A DNA stretch of 32,000 nucleotides from Pyrodictium delaneyi. GTDB lineage: Archaea > Thermoproteota > Thermoprotei_A > Sulfolobales > Pyrodictiaceae. The translations under genes and the position numbers were made by a program. The notes under the pieces are model-generated. The model had not been told where the DNA came from, searched no databases, and saw only the letters and a program-made list of their open reading frames with translations. This document shows, one piece after another, positions 7,640-16,315 of the stretch. The stretch spans positions 1,050,001-1,082,000 of the forward strand of contig NZ_CP013011.1 of assembly GCF_001412615.1 (NCBI RefSeq). Reading direction: 5' to 3'. Each line of letters starts with the position of its first letter. The first letter of the stretch is position 1.

Positions 7640-9016
7640 TTGTGGGCGAGGCGGTTACTAATGCGCGATAGATATGATGTCATCATAGCTGGCCTAGGTC
7701 CTGCTGGCACTGTAGCTCTCTGGCATCTAGCGAAGAAGGGGTTCAGTGTAGCAGGCTTTGATATGAGAAAGCCTGGCGACATATGGGGTAAACCTTGCGG
7801 TGACGCTCTTGGCGCACATCATCCACGCGAGGCAGGCCTGCCAGATCCGCCGAGTCATGTTATAAAGAACAAAGTGACAGCGATAGACATCTACTCGCCC
7901 GGCGAGACGACAAGATACCGCGTATATGGCGAGGGCTACATTATTGACCGGTCTAAGTTCGGTAAGTGGCTTCTTGACGAAGCCATTTCTAGCGGAGCCG
8001 AGGCCTACCTCGAGACCCGAGTCCTCGCCCCCATAATCAAGGACGGTAAAATCGTTGGGCTAAAGATCCAGGCTAACGGCCGCGTACGAGAGGTCCATGC
8101 TAACGTAGTTATTGAGGCTACAGGTTTCTCCCGAGCTATTCGGATGAAGCTACCTAGAGAGTGGCCCGTCTACGAGGACATTGACCCGAAGGATATGAAT
8201 ATTGCCTATAGGGAGATAATCGAGTACGAAGACTATGAGATTGAAGAACCTAATGTAATAAGGATATACCTGGACCAAGAAGTGGCACCTGGAGGGTACT
8301 GGTGGTACTTCCCAGAATCACGACGCGGTGTGAATGTTGGCCTGGGTGTACAGGGCGGCATGGGCCACCCCAACCCAATGACACTGTATCGCGAGAAGCT
8401 GCTAAATCATCCACTCATGAAGCACCGCTACCATGTAGTGAGGTCGGCAGGCGCACCTCTACCTACACGCCGTCCATCTAACACACTAGTTGGACCAGGT
8501 CTACTAGTCATAGGAGACGCAGGCTATACAGTCAACCCTGTGCATGGCGGAGGTATGGGCTATGCTTTCCGGGCAGCTCACTACGCTGTCCTGGCTATAG
8601 AGGAGGCACATGACAAGAACGACTTCAGCGAACACGGGCTCTGGAGCCTAAACATACGTTACATGAAGGATATAGGAGGAAAACAGGCAGCTCTTGACAT
8701 CTTTAGGAGGTTTCTACAGAGGCTCAGCAACGATGAAATACGATTTGGCATGGAGAAGAGGCTCATTCCGGAACAAGACGTATACTATACGAGCAGTAAG
8801 GGTGACCTCAACATATCAGTAGTAGATAAGGCTATGATAGTGCTACGTGGCCTGCAGAGGCCGGGCCTATTGGCTAAGCTGAAGCTCGTAGCAGACTACA
8901 TGAAGAGCATAAAGCAGCTCTATGAGGAGTACCCAGAGGAGCCGGATAAGCTTAGCGACTGGGTTAGAAGAGTAGATGCACTAGTTAGCGAGTTCGAGAA
9001 GAAGCTCGAGAAGTAG
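7640..9016 (+). CDS. Geranylgeranyl reductase family flavoprotein (probable digeranylgeranylglycerophospholipid reductase)
   Basis: The FAD-binding Rossmann motif is YDVIIAGLGPAG, and VIGDAGYTVNPVHGGGM is also present. The probable true start is the ATG at 7661. The protein has a C-terminal extension of about 60 aa relative to typical family members. Confidence 0.85.
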   Translation: MWARRLLMRDRYDVIIAGLGPAGTVALWHLAKKGFSVAGFDMRKPGDIWGKPCGDALGAHHPREAGLPDPPSHVIKNKVTAIDIYSPGETTRYRVYGEGYIIDRSKFGKWLLDEAISSGAEAYLETRVLAPIIKDGKIVGLKIQANGRVREVHANVVIEATGFSRAIRMKLPREWPVYEDIDPKDMNIAYREIIEYEDYEIEEPNVIRIYLDQEVAPGGYWWYFPESRRGVNVGLGVQGGMGHPNPMTLYREKLLNHPLMKHRYHVVRSAGAPLPTRRPSNTLVGPGLLVIGDAGYTVNPVHGGGMGYAFRAAHYAVLAIEEAHDKNDFSEHGLWSLNIRYMKDIGGKQAALDIFRRFLQRLSNDEIRFGMEKRLIPEQDVYYTSSKGDLNISVVDKAMIVLRGLQRPGLLAKLKLVADYMKSIKQLYEEYPEEPDKLSDWVRRVDALVSEFEKKLEK

Positions 9017-9040
9017 GCTTCTAGTACAAGCATTGGGAAT

Positions 9041-9313
9041 GTGAACCTGGTAAACGGTGCTGGCTCTATGTCTCTGCAGTGGGATCCTCAGTGGGAGGAG
9101 GTAGTAGTAGACGTTGAGGGTATACGAGTGAAAGTTCTCCGCGACCGTGTTACAGGGCTAATAGCATGCCCTATCTGTGGCACCGGTGAGAAGGCCTCGT
9201 ACTTCTTTAGTCCACGAGATCTCGTAAACCATCTTTTTGCACACACAATGAAGGCCCAGAAGGTATACATAGCTGCACCAGTAGCTACTGAGGAGGAAGA
9301 TGAAGAGGAATGA
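9041..9313 (+). CDS. Small zinc-finger-like protein with acidic C-terminal tail
   Basis: CPICG...(17 aa)...HLFAH forms a C2H2-like arrangement, and the tail is TEEEDEEE. Its stop overlaps the next gene's ATG (ATGA). The probable start is the ATG at 9068. Confidence 0.5.
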   Translation: MNLVNGAGSMSLQWDPQWEEVVVDVEGIRVKVLRDRVTGLIACPICGTGEKASYFFSPRDLVNHLFAHTMKAQKVYIAAPVATEEEDEEE

Positions 9314-10242
9314 GGCGATTCATACTCGATGTTTTCTCTTCACCAACACTAGATTTCATAGACGGACGTCTATGCCGAGGAGGGCCAGCATACTATGCAA
9401 ACCTAGCCCTCCAAGCCATTGGAGCCTTGGACTTTGAGGTTAGACTACCATATGATCCATGTATTGATACTAGCTGGTATCTTAGGACTGAATGGTGCTT
9501 AGACAACATTGATAGCAATATCATGGCTAGCATACGTGGCTGCGTAACCATGTTTGCACTCGAAGAGGGTATAGATAGGAGGAGACTGAGATTACTCAAG
9601 CGGTATAAGATTGAAGATGTTTACCCGGGTGGAGTTGCTGCACTCGTATCGCCAGTCCTCTACGAATACGGTTTCGATGTCGTCACCCGTATAGCTAGCC
9701 ATTATAGCTTATCCATACTCGATTTGCAAGGCTTCGCCAGGCTACATGACGGTCATAATGTGGTAAGCTTTAGCGAGCTTGCCTTACAATTTGCCTCTAT
9801 AGCCGATAGCAATCGGTTTACATCAGTTAAAGCTAGTATAGAGGACATAAACAATATGTTGATGCTGGAGAGGCTGCTCAACTACAGCTCCTCATCTAGC
9901 AACACGGCACTCATTATAACAAATGGGCCGAAGGGAGTGTTTGTAACATATGAAGACTACACTTTCATCGTAAAACCACGCCCGGTTGAGAATATGCCTA
10001 CAGGTGCAGGCGATATGCTAGCTACACTCATTCTCTATAGTCTTTGGAGTGGCTATGATCTCGACTACTCTGTATTAAAAGCAGCTTCAGCAGTATCGTG
10101 CATTCTCGAAAGAAGAGATAAAGTATCTGATAAAGGGTATAATTTGTGTACAAATGCATACACAGATGGACACAGAGCCAAACTATACAGACTACCAGGT
10201 AGTTGCCACAGCATTGATTGTGTCATCTCGGCTTTTGAGTAA
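9310..10242 (+). CDS. PfkB/ribokinase-family sugar kinase-like protein
   Basis: The N-terminus has a GGPAYYANLAL (GG) motif and the C-terminus has PTGAGDMLAT (the TGAGD anion hole/catalytic motif). The sequence is otherwise divergent. Confidence 0.6.
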   Translation: MRRFILDVFSSPTLDFIDGRLCRGGPAYYANLALQAIGALDFEVRLPYDPCIDTSWYLRTEWCLDNIDSNIMASIRGCVTMFALEEGIDRRRLRLLKRYKIEDVYPGGVAALVSPVLYEYGFDVVTRIASHYSLSILDLQGFARLHDGHNVVSFSELALQFASIADSNRFTSVKASIEDINNMLMLERLLNYSSSSSNTALIITNGPKGVFVTYEDYTFIVKPRPVENMPTGAGDMLATLILYSLWSGYDLDYSVLKAASAVSCILERRDKVSDKGYNLCTNAYTDGHRAKLYRLPGSCHSIDCVISAFE

Positions 10243-10638
10243 GGGTAAACTCGGAGATTTATCACTACGATAACCAAGTAGTGAGAGTGCTATGTCAACT
10301 ATCTCCTCGGCCTTTAACACACGGCCTTCTGATACCTCTCTCCCGTTTATAACTAGAATTGGGACATTGTATGGAGTAAGCATACCCACATGCGATACAT
10401 CCCAGTATACAGTGTTGGGTATCACAAGAGCTTCAACACCATATTCTTCTCTTAGAATTCTTGCCGCTTTACGTGCATTCTCTATAAGCTCATCTGTAGC
10501 TGCATCTAATGCTCCATATATTATTATCTCTATGTCTGCTGTGAACATTGCCTCTATTTCGGCCGGTACACCTGCTTCATGCACTGCTATGGCTATCCCG
10601 GCATCAAGGGCAGCAGACACGGAGAGACCCCGGCGCAA
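10192..10638 (-). CDS. Hypothetical protein
   Basis: This frame has a balanced E/K/I/V-rich composition, whereas the overlapping plus-strand ORF (10292..10738) is Ser/Thr/Ala-rich. An in-frame TAG followed by 19 further open codons up to an ATG lies immediately upstream (see findings). I recognise no family. Confidence 0.5.
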   Translation of the reverse strand: MRRGLSVSAALDAGIAIAVHEAGVPAEIEAMFTADIEIIIYGALDAATDELIENARKAARILREEYGVEALVIPNTVYWDVSHVGMLTPYNVPILVINGREVSEGRVLKAEEIVDIALSLLGYRSDKSPSLPLLKSRDDTINAVATTW

Positions 10639-10826
10639 CTATTCCAGGTCTCTACCTCTGCTTAAGCCACTACAGCCCGGTAACCCTACATCAATCATAC
10701 CATTAGTTAAAGACGTGCAACAGCTCAGGACAAGGTAACGTTTATCATTCTAATCCGGTAGTACGCTTCGAATAAAGTAACACCAAATAGAGGCTATCTG
10801 CAAACCTCTAGCAAGGGTATACCGAG

Positions 10827-11081
10827 ATGCCGAACATGAAACAATATACAGAGAGAGACTACATCGATGAAAAACTGTTAATGGCTGTTGACAAGGCAGC
10901 TGAGATATTAGCAGAACACATAAGTGAATGGAGCGATACAATCGATGCATATTGGCTTCTACGCCGCCACGAAGACGAAGTAGGCATACCAGTGACATAT
11001 GATATAGTGGAGCAAGCTGTAGAAAAGGTTCGTAAGACCCTAGAGTCCACAGACCATAGTGTCTCTCAGGTCAAGGTTTAG
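10827..11081 (+). CDS. Hypothetical small protein
   Basis: The ORF has an ATG start and a helical, charged composition. The antisense ORFs look like frame shadows. I recognise no family. Confidence 0.45.
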   Translation: MPNMKQYTERDYIDEKLLMAVDKAAEILAEHISEWSDTIDAYWLLRRHEDEVGIPVTYDIVEQAVEKVRKTLESTDHSVSQVKV

Positions 11082-11153
11082 AGTCTTTAGTGAGAAGCTA
11101 GTGGGCTCTTTTACCCCTAGCAGTATGTTGCTGACTAGCGGTGTGAACCCGTC

Positions 11154-12470
11154 TTGCAGGAATCTTGGAGAGATGAAGTAAGCCTCCTACCCGAAGAGCT
11201 GAAGGAAATCCTCGACATTACTGCTAAACATAATAGGTGGAGAAAGTATGAGACTATAAACCTAATTGCTAGCGAGAACACTATGAGCCCTCTAGCAACT
11301 TCGGCCTACATGTCAGACATGATGCACCGGTACGCAGAAGGTAAACCATTCAAACGCTACTACCAGGGTACACGATATGTCGACGAGATAGAAGTTAGAG
11401 TTATGAAGCTCATGGGTGAGCTACTCCGCGCAGATTACGTGGATCCACGCCCTATTAGTGGCACAACAGCTAACGCATCGGTCTTCCGTGTCCTCGGCAA
11501 ATGCGGCTCCAAGGCTGTTATAGCTCCAGTCCAGGCAGGCGCTCACGTAAGTCACACAAAGTTCGGGACACTTGGGGCACTATGCATAGAGCACATAGAG
11601 ATGCCCTACGACCCTGACCAGATGAATATAGATGTTGACCACGCAGTCAAGCTTATAGAAGAAGTGAAGCCGAGTTTTGTCGTGCTTGGTGCAAGCGTAT
11701 ACTTATTCCCGCACCCGGTACGTGAGATAGCAGATGCAGCCCATAGTGTTAACGCGAAGCTAGTCTATGACGCTGCCCATGTTCTCGGTCTAATAACTGG
11801 TAAGAGGTGGCGCAACCCCCTAGACCACGGCGCCGACTTGCTTACAGCGTCAACGCATAAGACGTTCCCTGGGCCACAGGGAGGCATAATAGCTACGCGC
11901 GACGAGCAACTCTACAAGCCTATATCACGTGCTGTGTTTCCATACTTCGTGAGCAACCATCATCTTCACCGTCTCCCAGCACTGGCTGTAACAGCTGTTG
12001 AAATGAAGCACTTCGGCGAGGCATACGCTGATCAAATAGTCCGTAATGCTAGAGCACTAGCAGAGGCCCTTGCAGCTGAGGGCTTCAAGGTTCTTGGAGA
12101 ACACCTAGGCTACACCAGGAGCCACCAGGTAGTCCTGGACGTACGCAAACAAGGTGGAGGCGCTAAGGCTGCTCAGCTTCTTGAAGAAGCAAATATAATA
12201 GTTAACAAGAACCTCTTGCCCTATGACCCGCCAGACGCCATAAAAGATCCGAGCGGCCTAAGGCTAGGTGTACAAGAGATGACGAGATATGGTATGAAAG
12301 AGGATAACATGAAGGACATAGCAAGGTTCATGAGGAGGGTACTTATAGATGGCGAAGATCCCCGCAAGATAGCCGAGGAGGTCAAAGCCTATCGTCGTGA
12401 GTACACCAAGGTACACTATTGCTTTGACGTAAACACCCTAGAGGATGGGAAGCTGTACCTTCTATATTAG
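11154..12470 (+). CDS. glyA: Serine hydroxymethyltransferase
   Basis: Motifs seen: [20 protein letters not shown], and the PLP-lysine motif [14 protein letters not shown]. The start is TTG. Confidence 0.95.
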   Translation: MQESWRDEVSLLPEELKEILDITAKHNRWRKYETINLIASENTMSPLATSAYMSDMMHRYAEGKPFKRYYQGTRYVDEIEVRVMKLMGELLRADYVDPRPISGTTANASVFRVLGKCGSKAVIAPVQAGAHVSHTKFGTLGALCIEHIEMPYDPDQMNIDVDHAVKLIEEVKPSFVVLGASVYLFPHPVREIADAAHSVNAKLVYDAAHVLGLITGKRWRNPLDHGADLLTASTHKTFPGPQGGIIATRDEQLYKPISRAVFPYFVSNHHLHRLPALAVTAVEMKHFGEAYADQIVRNARALAEALAAEGFKVLGEHLGYTRSHQVVLDVRKQGGGAKAAQLLEEANIIVNKNLLPYDPPDAIKDPSGLRLGVQEMTRYGMKEDNMKDIARFMRRVLIDGEDPRKIAEEVKAYRREYTKVHYCFDVNTLEDGKLYLLY

Positions 12471-12534
12471 ACTATCAAGCCCCAGCATAATCGCATCTAT
12501 TTTAGCTATCCTAAAGCATAACTCTTTATTATCA

Positions 12535-12539
12535 TTTTT
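12535..12539 (+). terminator. Oligo-T tract, possible archaeal terminator downstream of glyA
   Basis: A TTTTT run sits in an AT-rich stretch about 65 nt after the glyA stop. Archaeal termination commonly uses oligo-T. Confidence 0.2.
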
Positions 12540-12740
12540 AGTGTTGCTATTGATTCGCTTATTGTTTAATTAAAACTACACCTTGTACAAGGCCATAAAC
12601 CCAGAGTTAGTCAGAACAAGAAGGAATTGCGGGAGGCAAGTCCCCGAGCCTTCATCCATGCCCCGTGCCGCGGGGCTGTCTGGGGGGCGGCGCGCATGTT
12701 GTATACTACCCCTCCTCCAGGGGTTTTAGGGTAGCGTCCA

Positions 12741-13511
12741 GTGTACAGGCCACGCGCATGGATACTAAACATCGGTAACGAACTACTCATAGGCCGAATA
12801 GTAAACACCAATGGAGCCTATATAGCCCGCGAGCTTACGTTACGAGGCGTTAGAGTTGAACGCATTATAGTGGTCAGCGACAGTCTCGACGAAGTAGCCA
12901 CAACTGTACGTGAAGCTATAGGACGGGCAGATATAGTTGTAACCACTGGAGGTCTTGGCCCGACAGACGACGACATTACTATGGAGGCAGTAGCCGCCGC
13001 CCTGAACCTACCGCTAGTCCTCAACACCGCCGCACTAGGCATGGTCAGAGAATTCTACCATAAGCGCGGCCTAGAGCTTACGAAAGAACGCATCAAGATG
13101 GCCTATCTTCCTAAGAACGCCGAACCCATACCTAATCCAGTAGGTGCAGCCCCCGGAGCATACATCTATTACTCAGGGGTACACATCATAGTATTGCCAG
13201 GCGTGCCCAGCGAAATGGAGGCGATGCTTAAGATAGCGATAGAAAAACTGAACCCATTTCTCCCCAAACTCTGCATAGTCGAGGAAGGGATTACCGTAAC
13301 CGGGATACCTGAGTCGTCTCTTGCACCCCTGCTTAGGAAGGCATCTAAGCTATGCAGCGACTGCTACGTGAAAAGTCACCCAAAGGGTCACGAAATCGAC
13401 AACCCCATTGTTGAAGTCAAAGTGCTAGCATCGGCACCCGACTGCGATACCGCACGCTCTAAGGCAACTAGAGTTCTGGACGCTCTAAGGAAATACATAG
13501 GAGGCATCTAA
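12741..13511 (+). CDS. CinA-like / MoCF-biosynthesis (MoaB/MogA fold) domain protein
   Basis: Motifs seen: ILNIGNELLIGRIVNTNGAYIARELTLRGV and VVTTGGLGPTDDDIT. The start is GTG. Confidence 0.85.
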   Translation: MYRPRAWILNIGNELLIGRIVNTNGAYIARELTLRGVRVERIIVVSDSLDEVATTVREAIGRADIVVTTGGLGPTDDDITMEAVAAALNLPLVLNTAALGMVREFYHKRGLELTKERIKMAYLPKNAEPIPNPVGAAPGAYIYYSGVHIIVLPGVPSEMEAMLKIAIEKLNPFLPKLCIVEEGITVTGIPESSLAPLLRKASKLCSDCYVKSHPKGHEIDNPIVEVKVLASAPDCDTARSKATRVLDALRKYIGGI

Positions 13512-13512
13512 C

Positions 13513-13731
13513 ATGGTTGAGACAACTTCTCCTCTGATGCGCGGTATAGCAATATTCAATGCTATCCTAATACCATTAGCCATTATCGCACTCTACATGG
13601 TTTATATTGGTGGGACAAGAGACAAGGATACAATACTCTTTGCAGGAATAGTACTTACAACCATATCCCCGTTACTCGCCTATATTGTTACAAGCAGACT
13701 AGTAGCCAAAATTATTCAACGTACAAACTAG
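13513..13731 (+). CDS. Small membrane protein (two predicted TM helices)
   Basis: The ATG lies 1 nt after the cinA-like stop codon (13509-13511). Two long hydrophobic segments are present. Confidence 0.45.
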   Translation: MVETTSPLMRGIAIFNAILIPLAIIALYMVYIGGTRDKDTILFAGIVLTTISPLLAYIVTSRLVAKIIQRTN

Positions 13732-13810
13732 CCAAATTTATACAAGACGCTAGAGATATACACGGAAGTACGGGCCTTCGCGGGATAGAGGTCTAGGAGG
13801 GCTAACCACC

Positions 13811-14203
13811 ATGAAGGATACACGGCCAGGGGACAAAATCAACACCGAGGAAATAAAACGTAAGATAGTCGAGGCACTTAGAACAGTATACGACCCCGAA
13901 ATTCCAGTCAATATATATGACCTCGGTCTCGTATATGATATGAAATTCGAAGGCAAGAAGGTCAAGATAAGGCTAGGGCTTACCGCACCTGGTTGTCCGA
14001 TAGCCGGCCAAATCGCTGTGATGGCCGAGGAAGCTATTCGCCAAAACGTACCAGAGATCGAAGACGTCGAAGTAGAACTCGACCTAGAAACACCCTGGGA
14101 TCCACGCCGTGTAACACCGGAGGGCAGAAAGCTACTCCAGGAACTCTTCGGCTACGATGTCGTTGAGGAATGGATAAAAAGATACGAGCAAATGCAAGGA
14201 TAA
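13811..14203 (+). CDS. DUF59/MIP18-family Fe-S cluster assembly protein (SufT/PaaD-like)
   Basis: Motifs seen: VYDPEIPVNIYDLGLVY and LTAPGCP. Confidence 0.85.
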   Translation: MKDTRPGDKINTEEIKRKIVEALRTVYDPEIPVNIYDLGLVYDMKFEGKKVKIRLGLTAPGCPIAGQIAVMAEEAIRQNVPEIEDVEVELDLETPWDPRRVTPEGRKLLQELFGYDVVEEWIKRYEQMQG

Positions 14204-14293
14204 TTGCCAAGATACTACTATCGACGCGCATCAACCATATGTGGATGTATTTGGAGACCTTAAGAAGGCTCCGAGCATTTCTTCTACTCCGGA

Positions 14294-14386
14294 GGGCCGG
14301 GTGTGACGTAACTGCTAGAGGCTGGCAACCGACTGAGTCTATCCCTGGATGGGGAAGGGACCACCATAGGTAGACCCGGCCCTACA
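14294..14386 (+). ncRNA. Candidate structured RNA: 9-bp GC stem followed by U-ACA (H/ACA-like lower stem, otherwise non-canonical)
   Basis: gggccgggt (14294-14302) pairs perfectly with acccggccc (14374-14382), and tACA follows (ACA at 14384-14386). An inner hairpin is CUAUCCCU/AGGG..AUAG. The 5' side of the would-be pocket is far too long for a canonical H/ACA guide. Confidence 0.2.
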
Positions 14387-14448
14387 GCTGCTCTACCGAA
14401 TCACCCAGTATAGGGGATACTCTCCCACGGTGTACCCTAATGTCTAGG

Positions 14449-14456
14449 TTTATAGA
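14449..14456 (+). promoter_or_regulatory. TATA-box candidate for serS
   Basis: The sequence tttataga ends 37 nt upstream of the serS TTG start. Confidence 0.3.
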
Positions 14457-14493
14457 GTGGTAAGCCTAAGGCCTATGATAGGGGTCAACAGAG

Positions 14494-15876
14494 TTGACGT
14501 GGAGCCTGCTACGGTATCTTAGGGAGAATCCAGAGATACTCCGTGAGAGCCTAAGAAAGCGTGGCATGGATCCATCACTTGTTGATAAGTTGCGCAAGCT
14601 AGACGAGGAGTGGCGTAGGCTAAAAAGGGCTGTAGATGAAATCCGTCATCGTCACAACATAATAACACGGAGTATAGCAAAAACTAAGGATCCCGAAGAA
14701 CGCAAGAGACTCATAGAGGAAGCTCGAAAACTGCTCAAGGAGAGAGAGCAACTTGAAGAGAAGCTAAAGCGTGTGGAAGCTGAACGCGAAAAGCTGCTGC
14801 TATCACTACCCAATATCGTTCACGAGTCCGTCCCTGTAGGAGATTCTGACGAGTATAACGTCCCTATAAGATTCTGGGGCCGGCCCAAGGTGTATAGAGG
14901 TTTCCTTGAAGCCTTCCGCGAACAAACAGAGAAGTGGGGATTTAAGGTAGACTACGAAGTCATAGACTGGAAGCCCATAGGCCACGCTGACATGCTAGAA
15001 CACGTCCTAAGACTTGGCGATACCATGAAAGCTGCAGAGGTAGCTGGCTCTCGCTTCTACTACTTATTCGACGACCTTGTATGGCTAGACTTCGCGCTAT
15101 TAATGTACGCTATCGATCATCTGACATCAAAGGGGTATAAGCTAGTACTACCACCATACATGATAAGACACAAGATACTCATGGGCGTCATAGACATGGA
15201 CACATTCGAGGATGCCATCTACAAGATAGAGGGTGAGGATCTATACCTGATCGCAACAGCCGAGCATCCTTTGGCAGGTCTATACTACAACGAGGAAATA
15301 ATGGAAGACGAGCTTCCGCTAAAGCTGGTGGGCGTCAGCCCTTGTTTCCGCAAAGAGGCTGGTGCCGGTAACAGGGATCTCAAGGGCATATTCAGAGTAC
15401 ACCAATTCCACAAGGTAGAGCAGTACATCTACGCTAAGCCTGAGGAGAGTTGGGATCTACTAGAGGAGCTTATACGTAACGCCGAGGAGCTATTCCAGGG
15501 ACTTGGACTACCCTACCGCGTTGTAAATGTCGCCTCTGGGGAATTAGGAGCACCAGCCGCAAAGAAATACGACCTAGAGGTATGGATGCCTGCCCAGGGC
15601 CGGTACAGGGAAATGGTTAGCGCTAGCAATACTACTGACTGGCAGAGTTATCGACTCAACATAAGACTCGTGAGAAGAAAGGGAATGGTACGAGAGTACG
15701 TACATACTCTTAACTCTACAGCTATAGCCTCCACAAGAGCCATTACGGCTATCCTTGAGAACTTCCAAGAGCCGGATGGTACTGTCGTAATACCTAAGGT
15801 TCTGCGAAAGTATCTAGAGCCTTTCACCAAGGCACCCAAGGATGCTATACATCCAGTGAAGAAGGAGAAGGAGTAA
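14494..15876 (+). CDS. serS: Seryl-tRNA synthetase
   Basis: The N-terminus is a coiled-coil arm. Class II motifs are present: [25 protein letters not shown], and [19 protein letters not shown]. The start is TTG. Confidence 0.95.
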   Translation: MTWSLLRYLRENPEILRESLRKRGMDPSLVDKLRKLDEEWRRLKRAVDEIRHRHNIITRSIAKTKDPEERKRLIEEARKLLKEREQLEEKLKRVEAEREKLLLSLPNIVHESVPVGDSDEYNVPIRFWGRPKVYRGFLEAFREQTEKWGFKVDYEVIDWKPIGHADMLEHVLRLGDTMKAAEVAGSRFYYLFDDLVWLDFALLMYAIDHLTSKGYKLVLPPYMIRHKILMGVIDMDTFEDAIYKIEGEDLYLIATAEHPLAGLYYNEEIMEDELPLKLVGVSPCFRKEAGAGNRDLKGIFRVHQFHKVEQYIYAKPEESWDLLEELIRNAEELFQGLGLPYRVVNVASGELGAPAAKKYDLEVWMPAQGRYREMVSASNTTDWQSYRLNIRLVRRKGMVREYVHTLNSTAIASTRAITAILENFQEPDGTVVIPKVLRKYLEPFTKAPKDAIHPVKKEKE

Positions 15877-15939
15877 CTTCTTCCGTACTCATTACACACT
15901 AACACTATAGGAAGCTTCTATGTTGTATTACCGGCTGGG

Positions 15940-16227
15940 GTGCAGAACTTTATGGATTTAAAGCAACGAGTTCTCGACCTTGTAGAGAACGCCCCACAGA
16001 TGAACAAGGCAGCTTTCTATAGTGACCCAATCGTTGAGAGCATGGTAGAAGAGCTGCAGTCTCGATGGGAAAAAGCGGGATACCAGGGAGAGCCGATAGA
16101 CTATGCCACGCCGGAGGAGCTAGAGAAGCTCTATGAACTCGCAAAGTACTATGCATCACTCCCTCCATGGAAAGCCTACCGCATCTTTAAGGAAAGAGTT
16201 GAGGGTCGAACTACTAGAAAGAACTAG
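15940..16227 (+). CDS. Hypothetical protein
   Basis: The ORF has coding-like charged composition, and its antisense ORF is a frame shadow. The probable start is the ATG at 15952. Confidence 0.45.
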   Translation: MQNFMDLKQRVLDLVENAPQMNKAAFYSDPIVESMVEELQSRWEKAGYQGEPIDYATPEELEKLYELAKYYASLPPWKAYRIFKERVEGRTTRKN

Positions 16228-16315
16228 ACCAAATATATTCAATCTATCATGAACTTATATGAGGTAGTAGAAATAGAGGGGTTTGTATCTCTAGACTTAC
16301 GAGGGCTGTATAACA

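Noticed and set aside
10292-10738. Plus-strand 148-aa ORF mirroring the minus-strand ORF 10192..10638
   Set aside because: Its composition is very Ser/Thr/Ala/Ile-rich with almost no charged residues. The minus-strand frame has normal protein-like composition. Only one of the two is likely real, although neither has a family assignment.
12631-12645. gggaggcaagtcccc resembles the RNase P RNA CR-I motif GAGGAAAGUCC
   Set aside because: It has one mismatch in the core. The GC-rich island is only about 120 nt. I find none of the other conserved RNase P regions (ACAGAA-type CR-IV/V, GGUAAG CR-II) on either strand nearby.
12611-12811. Minus-strand 66-aa ORF across the GC-rich island and the cinA-like start, and likewise 14034..14234 (minus), 14170..14373 (plus), and 13750..13965 (minus)
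   Set aside because: They are short and Arg/Pro/Gly/Ser-rich, as expected for random frames in GC-rich DNA. They overlap well-supported genes or structured non-coding sequence.
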